64,000 nt of DNA from Schmidtea polychroa (lineage: Eukaryota), in the NCBI GenBank assembly GCA_044892525.1, contig CM097888.1, positions 82,460,001-82,524,000 on the forward strand, written 5' to 3'. Positions 54,250 to 64,000 of this stretch are shown here, one piece after another. The notes under the pieces are model-generated. The model was given only the letters and a program-made list of their open reading frames with translations, was not told the origin of the DNA and did not search any database. The translations under genes were made by a program, and so were the position numbers. Numbering within the stretch: the first letter of the stretch is position 1; every line of letters begins with the position of its first letter.

Positions 54250-55765
54250 TTCACATGGTTCGTCATTTTCATACCGTTCTCTGACAATCTTTTTCCCAAC
54301 AAGAATTTGGGCAGGACTCAACTAAGTAGTTTTCTTAATTGTCGCATTCAACATGAAACCTTTCCTAATATTTCTAACGAGCTCTCATTGGCACATTTTA
54401 CAAATAAATTAGTGTTTCCAACTTTTACATTTCTTCTTTACTTTACTTCTTTATTAATGACACTTATTTTGGATCCCGTGTCTGATATTTTCTTATTATT
54501 AATCAAAATATTAATATTGGGCCTACCCCCATTTATCGTATTTTATTACCCTATCATAATCATTATTTAAAGTGCATACTTTATTGTCAATACCTTTATC
54601 TATTTTATCTACAGTATCTATACATATGACATCAAGCATAACTCAATCCTCATACCAAATATTGTCAAAAAATTCTATTTCATACAAACAATTACAAACA
54701 TTCTCTTACATGCAATCTTTGCTCAAGATCTTACTTAGTTTATCGCTCCATTCACTTCATCCTGTTTTGGAGAGTTGGCATTTGGGTATTCACTGGATAT
54801 CAGATTCTCGTCGTCTCCTTGGTCTGCAATTGCTGTCATATTCTGTTGATATATGTAGCTTTGAGATCCTCTTAAATCGAAGCATTAGAATTTGAAATGG
54901 CCTGCTTTCTTGCAATGAGAACATTTTATGTTCGGACATTGAGCCCTTATATGTCCTTATTCTTTGCAAACTTCTGAGGACTAGTCTTGCAGACCGCAGC
55001 AACATGTCCCTTACGTTTACATTTTTCGCATTGCAAATTCTGCACTCTACAATTTTCCGCACCGTGGTTATTCCGTCCACATTTGGTACATTGTATACTT
55101 TTGCGATTGTCCATAATTTTCCTGTTGGTACAATCTTTCGCTATATGCTCTTTTCTATGGCAATTGAAACACTCTACTGGTGTTCTCTCACTGTTTACAA
55201 GGAACATGGTTGACTTTTCCAAGCTGCTTTCAATTACGACAGCTTTCCGTGTCAATTCGTCGAAATCATCACTAGTATGTAATATTAGAGCGTTCCTCAC
55301 TGTAGGCGTAAGTCCTGCCCATAGCTGATCCTTAACTAACAATTCTGTTGGCTTTGCCCATGTGGTTTTTGGTCCAAATGCTCTTTCAGCAATTAATGAT
55401 AGCTGGTGTGCAAATTCCCCCACATGTTCATTGGCATTCTGTTTTCGATGATAAAATTGTTGTCTAAATATTCTTCCCGCATCTCCGGGCAATATTCGAG
55501 CAGTCATTGCTTCTCTCATTTTGGCCCATGTTTTTGGTGCTTGAGCACCTGGTAATGCCATAATGTCATTATATTTTTCTCTTGCCAGCCCCTTCAAATA
55601 TATAGGTAGCCTTTGTATCATGATATTATCTGGATAAGCATATGCTTTGGCCATCTGATAATATTCAGACATAAACTCTGGGAATTCTCCCGGATCACCG
55701 CTGAATGCCTTTACGGGCAGAGCGGGATATCTGGCAAATGCATTTACATTAGCTTCCTCTGCCAT
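54250..55765 (-). mobile_element. Gypsy-like retrotransposon 5' remnant: intact gag ORF (54947-55765, 272 aa, three CCHC knuckles) plus decayed protease
   Basis: FSGDPGEFPEFM..LPIYLKGLAREKY (gag capsid) and CFNCHRKEHIAKDC, CTKCGRNNHGAENC, CEKCKRKGHVAAVC. A protease relic ISDTGSKISVI lies near 54460-54490. No RT. Confidence 0.9.
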
Positions 55766-55843
55766 TTGATTATCCAGTTTTACTCTGGCTCTAGTTCCTA
55801 ACGCTATTTTGTTTTATTTTAATATCTACCCGCTGATAATTTT

Positions 55844-55861
55844 ATCACGTCAGGCTCACCA
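55844..55861 (-). promoter_or_regulatory. Primer-binding site of the Gypsy element (probably tRNA-Arg type)
   Basis: TGGTGAGCCTGACGTGAT starts 3 nt after the LTR end ...CCTAACA. It resembles the common TGGTGACCCCGACGTGAT PBS. Confidence 0.7.
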
Positions 55862-55864
55862 AAA

Positions 55865-56005
55865 TGTTAGGTTCGAGGGGTATGTATTCGAACTAACACA
55901 AAAGACGTTTAATCTGACTCCAAATAATTTATAATGCGCGTAGGTAAATAAATAAATAAGAAATATGTTTTAAATATTTATTTAACAATAAAAGGTTAGT
56001 TACAC

Positions 56006-56085
<80 letters not shown>

Positions 56086-56286
56086 CTGCTCTCTATAAGT
56101 ACAGAAAACGGTTTTACAAACCGCCCTAAAGAGTATTACTAAGGATCAAGGCTGACCCTAAATGCGCCAACAGCCCGATATAGGTGAACGGAAAAGAGAT
56201 AGGGAAGTTTACCAAATTTTACGCGATGGAGTTAACCCAGAAATTGGTTAACTCTTTTTCAAACAAATATTAATAACGAAACAACA
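55865..56286 (-). mobile_element. 5' LTR of the Gypsy element (distal boundary uncertain), containing a (TA)n tract
   Basis: Ends in ACA immediately before the PBS, with AATAAA about 110 nt upstream. A candidate TGTTGTTTCG start is at 56286. Confidence 0.55.
56007..56080. repeat. (TA)n microsatellite
   Basis: About 37 TA units. Confidence 0.98.
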
Positions 56287-56347
56287 CAAAAATACGTGCT
56301 GACGTTATGGTTACCCTTATTTAAATTTTATTTAATCAAATAAACCC

Positions 56348-56350
<3 letters not shown>

Positions 56351-56432
<82 letters not shown>
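56351..56432. repeat. (TA)n microsatellite
   Basis: About 41 TA units. Confidence 0.98.
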
Positions 56433-56439
<7 letters not shown>

Positions 56440-57315
56440 TATTTAGATATTGATACTAAAAAAAACTAACTAATATAATCTTCTTCCTTTGGTCTAAATT
56501 ACTCCAAAGAATATTGTAATAAATAATTCCAGTTCGTGAATAGTTAAAATTAATTTTCGATCGATGTGGAATTTTAATATCTATTGTAATTCTCCAATCA
56601 GATTTGACGATGTGAAATTTCCAAATTAGTTTGGTTGAATATCAAATGACAAGAATTAGTTTTTCCAAATCCAATTGATTCCTTCTTTTCTATTTTTAAC
56701 TACTATGATTTTCTCTCTTATCTACTTATCTCCAATTCGTCCCACTCTCTAATTTTTTATCTACTATTTATATAAATTTATTTATTCAAATTCTATTAAT
56801 AGTAATTATTTAATTACTATTTTTATTATATATTTTTTAAATAATTACTATTTTTGTTAGAAATCTATTTTTAGTAATTATTTATTACTATTTATATTTT
56901 AGTTCCAATTTTCGTAATTTTTAAATACTATTTATATTATAATTCTAATTTTAGTAATTAATTATTATTAAATTTCAAAACCTTTAATTCCGGTTCCTAC
57001 TGAACCCCAACACTATCAATAATTACTACCTTTGCAGCCATGGGGCTTTGAACCAAGTTATACTTTAAACAGGCAATTGACAGAGTGGACGGTATACAGA
57101 TGACGACATTATGACAACTACAGATAATTCAGACAAAGATATCATATATTTTTATTTATACATATTCTATAATCTATATTTACTTGACGCTTAAAATAGC
57201 ACTGTATACAGGAATCCTGATATCTCATGGAGTGAAATTGATGCATTTCTTTTTAGCCAATAATGACATATAAGCATATCTGATAATGAAATTAATCATT
57301 CTATTTGTAGACATG

Positions 57316-58415
57316 CAGCAACAACATTCCGTTTCTCAGTACCGATACAACACTAGTACGATGAGTGTCAATACAGTCACCAAAGAGAAAATCATTTACA
57401 ACCAGATCAAAAAGCAAATTCTTGCAGAAAGTCGTAAAGGTCGAAAATATTGGCATTTCGACAAATGCGTTCATATCCCAAACGGATTCAAGTTCACAGG
57501 TTCTCCTAAAAGACAGATGAGCATTGTATTCCTCCCGATTCATGATAAATTTTGACTTATCGACATTTTCCAAGAATTTAATAAATCGATGAAAATTGCC
57601 CATATCCTCATACATTCAATCAACAGGAATTCACAATCTTTATCCCTGGGGCCATGGGTCCAATCAATCTACTTCCAGAAAGTACTCTCGAGGTATTTAC
57701 CAGTGATCAAAGAGAAAAACGTATTACAGTGCAAAGCTCGAAATCTCAAACACTTATCGTTTTGGAAATTCTTCAGATTCCTCAGTTAAAATGGGTCAAT
57801 AAACCCACATGGATTTACATAGTTAACGAAAGTGACTATAAGGCTTTCAAATCATTTACTCGAAAAGAATTAACCCCGAGAGAAGAAGACGACTACAATT
57901 TTCGTAGCAGCACATGATCCTACGGCAAGAGAGCACCTGCAATCGGTATTAGTTGCAGTGTCCATCCTGAATTTCAGCGGAGAACCCTTATTAAACACAG
58001 TGGTTACCCCCCGTGAACCCATCAAGCATTACCAGTCTCACTCTTATAGTATGACAGAAAAGGAAATCATTGACCACTTCGACGGAGAAGATTGTGCAGA
58101 AAGAGTCCGTAAAATCTGTGATGGCAAAATTATTGTTGGTTATATGACCTTCTAACATCCGTAAAATTCCCTATCCAGCGAGCTTTAGGTGTTAGAGATT
58201 TGGGTACGGCCAAGTGCCTCCGTGAATCGGGTTTTTAAACCTGTAATGGTTATTACCGATTGGCATTTTTGGGCAAAGTAGTATTAGAGCATGACGAAAC
58301 ACGTCATTCTGACTTCAAAGCACAAGACGACGTAATCATCATTAGACAAATGTATAATAAGTTGAGAGACCAATGGATCGATGATTACGCCACATGTAAC
58401 AGTAGTGAGAAGTGA
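57316..58415 (+). pseudogene. Intronless, frameshifted ORF with a C-terminal DEDD 3'-5' exonuclease-like (REXO4/ISG20-like) domain
   Basis: SVLVAVSILNFSGEPLLNTVVTPREPIKHYQSHSYSMT..VRKICDGKIIVGY / (frameshift) DLLTSVKF..VRDLG..YRLAFLGKVVLE..FKAQDDVIIIRQMY follows REXO4 spacing. The ExoI DxE motif is unclear. One in-frame TAA. Confidence 0.6.
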
Positions 58416-58850
58416 GGAGTATAAACCAAGCCAAATATATAATATTACGTAATATTCCCATGGGTACCCTGGGGTGGTATGGGGTTACATAATTTTATAG
58501 AGCTACGTAATCATATATAAAATGAAGTAATTATATTTTGATTACGTAATAATTGGTTTTTTATTTACGTCATAATTGACCCCCTCTTTTGTAATAATTG
58601 ACCTTTGACCTCGTATATCATATTTAACCTTTGACCCCTTACATAATAATTGACCTTTGACCTCTTATGTAATAATTATACTTCATTAGAGTAGTGAGGA
58701 GTATAAACCAAGCCAAATATCCCTGGAAAAAATTCAATACATTTTGATAGAGTAGTGAGAAGTGAGGAGTATAAAACAAGCCAAATATACAGTATTACGT
58801 AATATTTGTATAGTGGTACCCTAGGGGGTGGTATGGTGTTACATAATTCT
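58401..58850 (+). repeat. Polinton/Maverick terminal-like region: three direct copies of an AGTAGTGAG(AAGTGAG)GAGTATAAA.CAAGCCAAATAT unit (58401, 58690, 58751) plus short TGACCTTTGACC tandem motifs
   Basis: Copies 1 and 3 share about 95 bp. AGTAGT is the canonical Polinton 5' terminus. The region sits just beyond the 3' end of the pPolB gene. Confidence 0.65.
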
Positions 58851-59304
58851 GTATAATTTTATTATAGATATATATTTATTGAATTATAAACATATATAAG
58901 AAAAAGTCATACATACATTTTTGAACCCGAGTACTATAATGATGACAATGAATGTGATAAACACTCGGTNNNNNNNNNNNNNNNNNNNNNNNNNNNNNNN
59001 NNNNNNNNNNNNNNNNNNNNNNNNNNNNNNNNNNNNNNNNNNNNNNNNNNNNNNNNNNNNNNNNNNNNNNNNNNNNNNNNNNNNNNNNNNNNNNNNNNNN
59101 NNNNNNNNNNNNNNNNNNNNNNNNNNNNNNNNNNNNNNNNNNNNNNNNNNNNNNNNNNNNNNNAAATTCGCAACAATAAAAACTTTGACTATTTCACAAT
59201 AAAATAGTCTAAAGAATACTTTACAATAACAACGTAAAATAAATGATACAAATAAGAACTAAAACAATAATTATATTAAATAAAATTTTATTTCAATACA
59301 AAAT

Positions 59305-62300
59305 TTATTCAAGAACATATTGATGTTCCCTTTCATATGGAAAGTGTGGGTGACCATAATCATCATTTGGGAAATATGGTTGAACGTATTGATCATTTTC
59401 TTCGTCCGGATCACTAACTTCAGCATTGTTACTATGACCCATAACCGTGTTAACTATTTTATAATGACCATATGCTACACTTTCATTTTTATTTACCCAA
59501 TGCCACTTATCATCATTATTAGTTAGGGCTAATTTTATATTTTTTATTGTGAATAACTGATGATTTTTACTTACTATTCGAGATTGTGGTACTGAAATCA
59601 TCGAATTATTATGATAACAATCAAGGTACGATTGATGTTTTAAGTCGGTACCCTTCAATGTTATTCCCTTAGCCTTGTTGCTCTCTTTATCACCCAAAAG
59701 GCTATAGCATTTAGGCCTTAAAAACACCCATTCCTTATATCTACCCCCTTTATTTTCATCTTTGAATTTACCAATGACGGAATCAAGAGCTCTTGAATAT
59801 AATTCATGAGATGAATCATAATTCGATGTATCCAGCATGTTATCTCTTACCATAGCTGGTAAAAGCACATCTAATTTGCATCCTTTAACCTCTAAAAAGA
59901 AGGAATCAGTGTCACCTGCAATAATATTGATTTCACAGCTAAAATCATCTCGATATTTTTGTAAATCAATATATTGCAACTGATACATACGTAATTTGGA
60001 TAGATCCAGTACAGATTGACCAATGTAACTAGGTCTATCCAAACACACTGAATCCTTATTTAATAGAACGGCTATTAAATCATGATCTATTTTATAAGTC
60101 TTTTTAAATGTGGGTTTAGAGGAATAAGTAATCAGTTTAGAAGCTGAGTTACACAATCTCAAGTTCAATCGTTTCTTCAAATTTTCGACTGTCTTTCCAT
60201 ATAAACTATTGTTAAGAAGCTTAAAATAGTTTTTATCAAGAGTATTTGTTGACACAGCTCGAAGTTGGGTGTTTGTGTCAATGTAATTTTTGAATATAGT
60301 AGACTGATGAAATTTGATAGCCCTGTGAATTTGAGTAACTTTTACTCCAAGAGAAAGATAAAGTTGTAGAAGTTTCCAATGAAGAACATAGTTCTTCTTG
60401 GGTAAATGTGTAAGCATCAACTTCTCCACTTTAGATCCTGGAGCACACATTTTTTCAGCTGCAACCGGAAAATCATTAAGTTTATCGTGAATAGATGCTG
60501 GAATATCTAGATCCACTTCCATAGTATACCCATATGAAAGTGAATCTAGATCAATAGATTCACAGTCTTTTAATAAATTAATTAATTCAGGCTCATCCGA
60601 CACCCAAGAAAATTCACCCCTAGGTAGTTTTTGGCTAAGAGCCCAGCCGTACAAATTATTAATATCGATATATAGAAGTTCAGTATTTTCATTTGTATTA
60701 ACATAATGTTTGTTTACAAATGTCAACCCCCCTCTTATACCACCCTCAAAGTAATTAAACATCTCCATGTCTTGAATCAACTCGATGGGTTCGTCTAAAG
60801 TCATCAGAGCTGAATTCCAAGACATACCGGGAATGCCCAAGAAGTTTAAAGGTTCAAGACGATTATGAGCTAAAGATTTATTTCGAAACTGCTGGAAAAA
60901 GTCAGCTAAAAGAAAGACATCTAGTTTTAGATAGACCATCATATAATCACAAAGGTTATTACAGTTGGTTTCCCTCCATATAATTGCAGCCATAGAATAT
61001 TCGTCTTCAGTAACACCATCCCGAATTGGCGGTAATTGGGGAGTTGACTGAAGCACTTCAAGACTAGTGGCAAAATTATATGGGAAAATTCCTTTATTAT
61101 TAACAATGGTTCCCCTAAATTCTGATCGTGTTATCGGTAAATTAGTAAGAGTTTTAACAGCGTCATTTAAATTAGCAGGAATCGATAAATTTAATATTTA
61201 AACCACTTATTCTCGCAGATAATGTTAAGAACTTTTCAGTTGTCGTTGGAATGCATGAAATATTCCAAGATTTAAAGCTACTCAATCCGTATTTGAGAAT
61301 ATGATGAAGATCATACCCTCGCAAGTTATGGAAAACAATTGGAAATTCATATCTTATTTGACGAGAATTATTACAAGTTGAACAAGCTGCTCCCAAATAT
61401 TTACCAGTAAAGTGATCATGATCTTTAGTCGGGTTTACTAAAGTTTTCTTGCAAAGATAACACATAACTGCGGAAGAAAAAGAAATTAGGTCAGCATCTG
61501 TAAAAATAATTTTCTTTTTCGAATTTTTATAAAAATAAGGTAAAACTGTTTTCATACCAATTTTTTCAATCTCTTTAAGGAAACTAACAATACAATCTAA
61601 CCCTAAAAAACTTTTATATAATTTAGTCCCTGTGAAATTATTTATTAGCAAAAGACCTGCAGAAATCAGCAAGTGCCTTTGAAAATATCTATTATCAGTA
61701 GGTAAGATAGCCTCAAAGTCAGCGTAAACCACAAAAGGGGGAGTAACTGTTTTAGACCAATCATTAAAATATAAATTCTTATTTAATGGAAAAGTATATA
61801 AAGTTGTTCCTAATTGATTTTTCTCACATAAACCTTTATGTTTATCTAAAGATTCAAGTGTACGGAAGCCATTTAAACAGCGATTACACCACAGACTTTG
61901 AATTCGAGTACTAGTAACAGTAGAATTACGACAATTTAAAAGTCTATCAAGATTAGTGACTCCTATATAATGAAAAGAATCACTGCTTTCCAACAAAATT
62001 AAATTAATCGGTCTTCCACCTACAACTTTCGATCTATGTATGATGTCAACATAAGGATGTTTTAATACTTCAGAATTATTTAAAATATCCACTAAAGCAT
62101 CCTCATCGTATGCAAGAACATTAATCGAAAGCCCTGGATTTTTATCTTCAAATTTAGGTATATTACAGAGACGCATCGGTAAGTCAGAAGGATCAAAGAC
62201 TAGATCAGACAAATTATAATTACTAATTCGATTTCTATGATTGCCATCAACGTCATCGTATTTCAAAATAGCCAAAATGCTATAGATGAAACACAAATCA

Positions 62301-63181
62301 TCCGTATTGTTAATATTTATTACGCAATGTTTATTTAATAATGATTTAGGAGTTGGTAGAGAACCCCTCCCACTCAATCTACTTATTTGAGAAAATTTTG
62401 TAATAACAAAATGTATTTCTTTAATTTTATTAATAATCCAATTACTTCCCTTTTCATTAATTAAAGTAATTTTCTCATTGAGAATAGCAATACCTTCATC
62501 TAAAAAGGTATCACTCATGGGTCTTGCAGAATTTGAAATGACGAAAGATTGAAATTCTCCATCTTTTTCAAATTCCACTTCTATACAAAATTGAATCTTT
62601 ACAGAACCCATTTCTCTGGTAACGTTATTAAATTTATTAATTAAGGGCGTGGGTACGGTTAAAGAATTTAAATTTAAATTTCCAACCATCATTTTAACTA
62701 TGGCATGTGATTTACGTAAATCATAATTTACAACCGGTTCTAATGATCCACCATATTGTATCGTACTATCATTAATTATTTCGGCATCAGAGTCAGAAAG
62801 AGTTATTATATCAACTCCATTTTGAGAGTCAGATAGAAAATCTATATCCACATCATTTTCAAAATCAGGAAGAGTTACCATATTATTTAAAACTACATCA
62901 TCGTCTTCAGAATCCGAGAGAATAATAATTTGATCATTATTATTTAAATTTTTAATTTTAGATGGACGAGGGTTACTTATAGGCAAATCAGATTTCCTTT
63001 TATTAATTGAGAAATTATTTGGTAATTTAAAAATTTGTTTTTTCTTCAAAAGATTAAATCGATTTAAATGATCTTTATGTTGATCATAAAAGTTAGAATA
63101 ATTTAATTTTTCAGTGGAATTACAAATGGGGCAAACAAAATAAATAACACGGTTATGGGGTTGGCCATAGTATTTTTCCAT
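59305..63181 (-). mobile_element. Polinton/Maverick (adintovirus-like) protein-primed family B DNA polymerase, split by one frameshift into ORFs 63181-61172 and 61056-59305
   Basis: GRGSLPTPKSLLNKHCVININNTDDLCFIYSIL, endonuclease-VII-like CYLC..DHDHFTGKYLGAACSTCN, HNLRGYD, KFIDS, KGIFPY, YLKLDVFLLADFF, GIRGG, YIDINNLYGWAL, KLLNNSLYGK, GDTDSF, GKFKDE, RPKCYS and KAKGI. No introns. Confidence 0.93.
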
Positions 63182-63464
63182 AGTTTTATGACAATCATTG
63201 TCATGAAAGGAAGAATTACAAAACTTTGGATATAAGATACCTAAGTTTCAAAAGAAATTATCAAAGAATTGCATTATAAATAAAAATGAATATATGAAAA
63301 TGAATATATGAACATCACAAATTGATTATTAGAAATAAATATTTAAAAAATCAAAAATACTATACACACACATAAAATCTTTCATCCAATAAAATTAAAA
63401 TGATTTGTTAAAAAGAATCTAATTGATCAACTCGATTTTTAAAATTAATATATATACTGAGTGT

Positions 63465-64000
63465 ATGAAATTATTATATTTAATGATGCAACAATATAAA
63501 AGTAATTTTATTATCATTATCTAGTATTGCTTAATCATTATTCTAGAAAGTTCAGTGAAAAAGATGGAGAAACAAGTAAATTCAGATATAATAAAGTTAA
63601 TTCTACAGGAAAATTCAACATCGGCAGTTAATCTTATTAGAAAATCTCCTGTTCAGTTCCTACAATATTCTATGGAATATTTAAAATACCCAATAACTTA
63701 TTCATTTAAAGTAAATATATTTATATCATTTAATCAAATATTAATTAAATTTTTTATTAGGAACCTGTAACTTTGAAACAGAGTTTATATAATATACAAG
63801 TAGGTAAAATTGGAGATATAGATAGAAAAAATATTTTAGAATTATTGTTGGCTATCAATAAAAATATTCAATTCAATGAAAACTTTACATTTATGAATTG
63901 TGATAAAGATTATGCTTTAGAAAATACTAAAAAAGAAAATGAAAATTCACATTTTATGATAAAAATTCAAATTCAGGGTTTAAAAGAAGGAAAAGAAACA
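63465..64000 (+). CDS. 5' part of an unknown host gene; exons approx. 63465-63501, 63547-63710, 63761->64000
   Basis: 45- and 50-nt GT-AG introns join in frame (MKLLYLMMQQYKKSSVKKMEKQ..ENSTSAVNLIRKSPVQFLQYSMEYLKYPITYSFK|EPVTLKQSLYNIQVGKIG..). The last exon is open for 80 codons to the window end. Confidence 0.6.

Noticed and set aside
57301-57615. 104-aa minus-strand ORF
   Set aside because: It is the antisense shadow of the plus-strand exonuclease-like reading path and has no motif.
58570-58680. Short spaced repeats superficially like a CRISPR array
   Set aside because: Eukaryotic context, 13-20-nt degenerate units, irregular non-unique spacers and no cas genes.
13609-59202. ORF-track entries made mostly of X (e.g. 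13609-14088, 19715-20182, 20703-21003, 31732-32454 read-through, 38885-39252, 39907-40197, 42552-42866, 58921-59202)
   Set aside because: They are artefacts of reading through N gaps. Only the real flanking exons (TMEM47-like, ADCY9 exon 2) were kept.
1-64000. tRNA, rRNA or snRNA genes
   Set aside because: The few GTTCGA B-box-like hits (e.g. 55871, 47330) lack a cloverleaf or A-box context, and no rRNA-like sequence was seen.

Overview
AT-rich invertebrate (metazoan) genomic scaffold with about ten N gaps (approx. 13667-14052, 19725-20150, 20731-20890, 21891-22062, 31837-32179, 37444-37673, 38932-39092, 40007-40154, 42641-42772, 58970-59163). Introns are either tiny (43-50 nt) or kb-sized and filled with transposons. 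Host genes I can reconstruct by hand: the 5' four exons of a beta-hexosaminidase (minus strand, runs off the left edge), a TMEM47/VAB-9-like claudin-superfamily gene, a complete 9-exon adenylate cyclase type 9 (predicted 1168 aa), and the start of an unknown intron-containing gene at the right edge. There is also a decayed actin pseudogene. Most other recognisable sequence is transposon-derived: pogo/Tigger, hAT (Buster- and Ac-type TSDs), piggyBac MITEs, a Helitron, two Penelope GIY-YIG remnants, two Gypsy remnants, two solo LTRs of one family, and a frameshifted Polinton/Maverick protein-primed PolB. Most interesting observations: (i) a Polinton end region with triplicated AGTAGT-starting repeats, DR1 and TTACGTAA motif clusters, and an abutting intronless DEDD-exonuclease-like pseudogene; (ii) a three-copy repeat whose consensus fits a minimal type-I hammerhead ribozyme with a U3-A8 core, one copy forming an 82-bp-arm palindrome. 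All translations and alignments were done by eye; no database searches were run.
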